Part shown: piece by piece, positions 50,301 through 52,350 of the stretch | Position numbering within the stretch: the stretch's first letter is position 1 | Layout: the number at the start of each line of letters is the position of its first letter | Assembly (NCBI GenBank): GCA_008369845.1 | Contig: MRSU01010707.1 | Coordinates: forward strand, 1-52,350 | Direction: 5' to 3' | Origin: Trichomonas gallinae | Taxonomy: Eukaryota | DNA: 52,350 nucleotides | The notes under the pieces: generated by a model | Databases searched by the model: none | The model's input: the letters and a program-made list of their open reading frames with translations, nothing else | What the model was told of the DNA's origin: nothing | Position numbers and translations under genes: made by a program

Positions 50301-51682
50301 AAATTCAAGACATTCTTGAGCGAAAGACAAACATGCGCATCGATGAACTGCCTCCTGAGTTCTTCTTCTCGCCGGAATTCTTAAAGGAAGGTGCTGGTCT
50401 TCCAAACGTTTCTCTGCCATCAGTCGCTAAATCACCTGAACATTTCGTTTACTTGAATAGAAAAGCACTGGAAAGTGAAGTTGTTTCTAAAAGGATCAAC
50501 AAGTGGATAGATTACGTCTGGGGCTACAAACAGAGAGGATCAAGTGCATCAATGTCATTAAACTCTGTCGATTACAGACTTTACGATTCAATCAGGAACA
50601 AATTCGAGATAGAACCAATAAAAGAGGCAGATAAAAGACTCCTTTTGGCGACAAAAGGCTGTGTTCCAAGGATGTTGTTCACTGGAAATCATCCCGCAAA
50701 GAACCAAATTGCTGTTACACACCAAGGTGACAACAAGAAGAAATTCGTCTCAATACAGAACCTCGAAAGTAATGTTTTAGCGATGAAAGTCTGCAACGGA
50801 ACAACAGAGAAGTTCAGAATTTACGCGATCTTTAAGACAGGCAAAATGATGTGCTTAAGAGTTGGCCAGAACACATTCGAAGTCAACTTGCCGCCAATTG
50901 CGCACTTCATGGGTCCAGCTGCGAAAAGAACTTTAGTTGCATTCACTGAATCAGAAGGTTCGCCAAGTTTCGCTTTCACGTCACTTAACTCTCCAATTGT
51001 CAGATTTTTCGATTCTGAGATTCACTCCTACATTGTTCCAGACACAACACCACATATCAGCCCAGTCTCTTCGCTGTGCGCTTGTGGAAAAACGATAATT
51101 TCTGGTGGATTAAGCGGCGAAGTTGTTCAATGGGCGACAGATGAAGAGCACAAATTCGAAGCCGTTGCTGTTGCTCTTGCTCATGATAAGCCAATCTCGT
51201 GTGTAGCAGCATCGACGAAGATCGGAATTGTCGCTGCTTTAGGACAAGATGGAGTTTTAATTGTTCTGACAATTCCTGATTTGAAATTCTTGAGAGCTCA
51301 AAATCTCGAAATTCCTGAAGGCGCTGTACCAAAATCAATCGTAATTTGCGACGAGATGGGCTACATAATTGTTTTCCACGAACTCGAAGGAAAGACTTTA
51401 GTTCAGAACCTGACAGTCAACGGAACTAAAATAGGAAAGGCTACATTGGACGGAAAGTTCCGCGCAGCAATTCCTTACGTCAATCCACAATTCGTTGACA
51501 TTGTCGCGCTTGCAACAAGCAAGAAGACAATTTTCTTCGTTGACGCTTTTACACTTGGAATCATACACAACCAAAAGTGCGAAACAGAAATAGTCGACCT
51601 TGCATTCCACCAGGATTCCTATAGCATTGTTGCTTCCACACCAGAAAATAATGTTTTCGTTATTCAAACTTTTGTTAATTAA
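44318..51682 (+). CDS. BEACH-domain protein (neurobeachin/LYST family): ARM-like, ConA/LamG, PH, BEACH, WD40
   Basis: Contains WRNHMISNYDYLTWLNMLSGRSFLD...YPIFPW, RIEPFT, ELPPEFF, NRKALESEVVS and WIDYVWGYKQRG. LamG-like LPLNKWINIT...FYIDGELV lies upstream and WD40 repeats at the end. First ATG is at 44318. Confidence 0.95.
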   Translation: MMKVIEIEGSDRSRLKDFDYLEHIKTLFTTNLGILLPPFPEAFKSLLPQVNTKPLTKKKSPEETIIAGLALENRNKLIEYIINNLESITTSNSQIEHTFMIILQSFTSLYFKDLQFLDEHVLKLYIQSLIITKQILPSGSNLVFRTFYYFYIRIASSPYNIRFLNQMNQFFDSFKGFPGYFIPINIEYCYSLLRKCLDHPDLIGDDEIKTHFSIVVRELQDKVKGKMDEDFIRHLFAKIIQIVYPAETIEFNEFNTLILRFAIEISRLTGVVFRELGVIINKIISTREFNDPNIVDIEKPVKRANPAILPTYLSMQDYKNQIPVEIQTLIRFLSETPENSIPALLSSMIIDSLGFMKAPLVEILLIIFLEEPFRKPPAMEYYQSFQMFNIFFNTVLYSPEYSFFQEPIPLIVNLRHISMQVFSLLNYKINDIPMTNTIIPIMINSSPYPYLFSEFLYLIRNSIDFDSINCDSIIEFLVCIKSELVMQLNLKDENYPYIVESRKILLTSLTDLAKSDRFCSYAVQSKDFLNVLSKLIFLESVQRETTVFLSSILCYSVENSIDSKILYKELSAILENIREDPERKLDVGGSILNIFHSGLACAKDDFYVNLAKSELFSAVSQYILSLTTIEKTAFTESRIPPVFVTSLLILYSLSIAMMKKILIVNWIPISDVIRKFGITEEVYSVIIMIVSVNQIEFTGINCVEAGSLVLPILESPFCGLFLKELSRCVANSYIQCINCVKAGIHSYLLDLLHNSPNEEATFLVIAILTKISSAIFDRPSLFKCIELTDPSKPTNKNIPTILSFLAGSVNDPQSTVSNFLQFTAQLGSVRLPNLPIKDFLGQVTVSATVLLTDLSSHQDTIHFLNFTSANNYLSFVLELTSVTIYSNVFPSWSLSATIDPLPLNKWINITVSFDYLSTFHFYIDGELVATIETSCNRWDEGVERTTMFHPISVLNKAMNSNVNGQVSRIYVFLTNPNEKILSSITRNDTQYVDLLSLPKINMMFSPEFSQNNTMMNLVDIESQPAVFTMYSFLDVCPIKNVFVGTKGVCLILAHLSRIDYDSPDAGNLFECYIKAISEFINCSPEVEKQMVRCNACSIIAKFMYKLKTEHLTPKLRAYFVNMERNIQNLALLNSFYQHIIIEFENWFLLDEPTVYVILKLWNDIAQNHIELFIESISFTYIFERCHYLIENNKFGHEVANEMLNLLIVSAKKTCNMQTIGLLIKLLQFTQGNQEFSLRLLHIISTLSIEVPEMQDDIQKIMVYMKEKLCHGDPLLFVTIVELFANNDTLFVDCVLDVLNMCTENDDDYIRLMVKVFCNELVAANGKEEISELVALDRFRGISIMILPFVFIISFYCDSETLPNVKEFLQKLFEHEESIRLISRGITTLGLMFAMLYTIVIDNNFLACLVRLFSHNTQLLADAFELIDIISLYSKRDCHNIQNTLASALVLIVTERRDAAEIARFVNIVSTFLIYGSDRSVFAKHQAKEMDKSFDLLHFIESFRLGLNIKRDISFGLYFTDSQWYDLNLAVLLVPLIEYVDSNSTNIARQLIIILTFMLRQDIEYAPQIIPFLDLVAARSDISVQDLRPLFLVMTKNIDIFHPATLFFSKYEQAITQNVEVYQTATNSMNILIQQLNRNSNVEKDLIKLFSTNYEAPSIPDYTLEESIEMIRRGLNARKGNLDKKWRVFWEMLEEDRTPFFNPLSHVQQYVRSDRYDAHFRPILFKKARKPLRIDVNLEKLENPDVSSLVTDSPVKFIGCCPHELWSAPCQKISVSKRSNGILYVTPTKLIFQDENRSVVIEGSSIECVFWHWTFHRADAITIFTHDYRGFIFRFPKQKDHSFTKFIKQVSMPNCFFFQENQPWIEIERLGLTQRWRNHMISNYDYLTWLNMLSGRSFLDVCTYPIFPWLLVNEMKENSSRDLSHNIAYMNKNLFAYRRKLQQEAFDPADIELFDATFSSSLKAVHYNIRIEPFTSLFMSMKFEGQNDHFISVTKEIQDILERKTNMRIDELPPEFFFSPEFLKEGAGLPNVSLPSVAKSPEHFVYLNRKALESEVVSKRINKWIDYVWGYKQRGSSASMSLNSVDYRLYDSIRNKFEIEPIKEADKRLLLATKGCVPRMLFTGNHPAKNQIAVTHQGDNKKKFVSIQNLESNVLAMKVCNGTTEKFRIYAIFKTGKMMCLRVGQNTFEVNLPPIAHFMGPAAKRTLVAFTESEGSPSFAFTSLNSPIVRFFDSEIHSYIVPDTTPHISPVSSLCACGKTIISGGLSGEVVQWATDEEHKFEAVAVALAHDKPISCVAASTKIGIVAALGQDGVLIVLTIPDLKFLRAQNLEIPEGAVPKSIVICDEMGYIIVFHELEGKTLVQNLTVNGTKIGKATLDGKFRAAIPYVNPQFVDIVALATSKKTIFFVDAFTLGIIHNQKCETEIVDLAFHQDSYSIVASTPENNVFVIQTFVN

Positions 51683-52350
51683 ATTTTTATATTATATTAC
51701 ATTATATCTCTTTCCTTTGCCATAACAATCTTTCAAATCATTAAACGTGACTTGTATAAATATGTTTTGGGGACTCATTTAGTTTATATAATCATTTTAA
51801 TCAATGAAAAAATGTTTTTTAACGTAGTTTTGTATATTTCTGTCCTTGATGTCATTGTTGATTAAAACTTGTTTGTGACACTTGAATATAGATGTATTGA
51901 AGGTATTATACATGAATTTTGGTAGAAATCAAATTCAAAACAATAAAAGCTTAAAATTACCCGTAACTCACCATGAATGATATGATTTATTATTACAGTA
52001 TATATGAACTCTATGTGTGTATATTGTTGGTTTGATTTCTTTTACGAGATATTTCATCAATTTCGAAAAAGGACATATTACATTGTTTTAATCATAGGAA
52101 AACTATCTAAAATGCGTTATTATATTAAATATATGAACAAATTGTTAATAATCCTCTCACAGATTCAAATTTCATAAAAATTATTGAGCAATTTCAAATT
52201 CTTGTTTTATTCATATAACATTGACTATCTAGATAAATAATTGTTTTATCTAAGTATATAAATGGTCGGCCCAGTGGCTGGCGCCGAAGAAGTTGTGGTG
52301 GCGATAGTAAAAAATGTAATTTGGTCAGATGATTTTTTTTCGATTTTTTG

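Noticed and set aside
1494..51667. Numerous 60-170 aa ORFs overlapping the long genes (antisense or alternate frame)
   Set aside because: They are shadows of biased codon usage, mostly with non-ATG starts and no recognisable motifs.
3026..51682. Functional cluster of phosphoinositide and endolysosomal genes (p101-like, SPG15-like, CARMIL-like, BEACH)
   Set aside because: The genes are interspersed with unrelated ones in mixed orientation, and trafficking families are abundant in trichomonads, so co-location is plausibly chance.
1..52350. Spliceosomal introns
   Set aside because: I found no ACTAACACACAG branch/3' splice motif by eye on either strand, and the long ORFs are uninterrupted. Very short introns cannot be fully excluded.

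Overview
AT-rich, apparently intronless eukaryotic DNA, most consistent with a trichomonad (Trichomonas vaginalis or a close relative). That call rests on short 5' leaders with TCAY-type initiator motifs, AAAAGTGAC promoter motifs and the gene families present. The window holds about 17 protein genes: the 5' part of a histone H2B missed by the ORF track, a TPR+ARM protein, a p101/p84 (PIK3R5/6)-like protein, an ARM-like protein, a bacterial-type oligopeptidase A, a 1939-aa protein ending in a degenerate HECT C-lobe, an MFS sugar porter, a multi-TM PAS/cyclase-like protein, a spastizin (SPG15)-like protein, a kexin-like protease, an ER Hsp70 (GRP170-like), a CARMIL-like PH-LRR protein, a BEACH protein and several orphans. 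The most notable observations are: (i) a probable homologue of the PI3K-gamma regulatory subunits in a protist; (ii) three intact ORFs that appear to lack catalytic residues (HECT, cyclase, kexin); (iii) a recurrent intergenic motif TTACATG(T/A/G)CA clustered upstream of many genes; (iv) a gene whose promoter-proximal ATG is one base out of frame at TCC-TTT-TGA. I found no CRISPR, rRNA, convincing tRNA or transposase. All family assignments come from reading motifs by eye, not from database searches.
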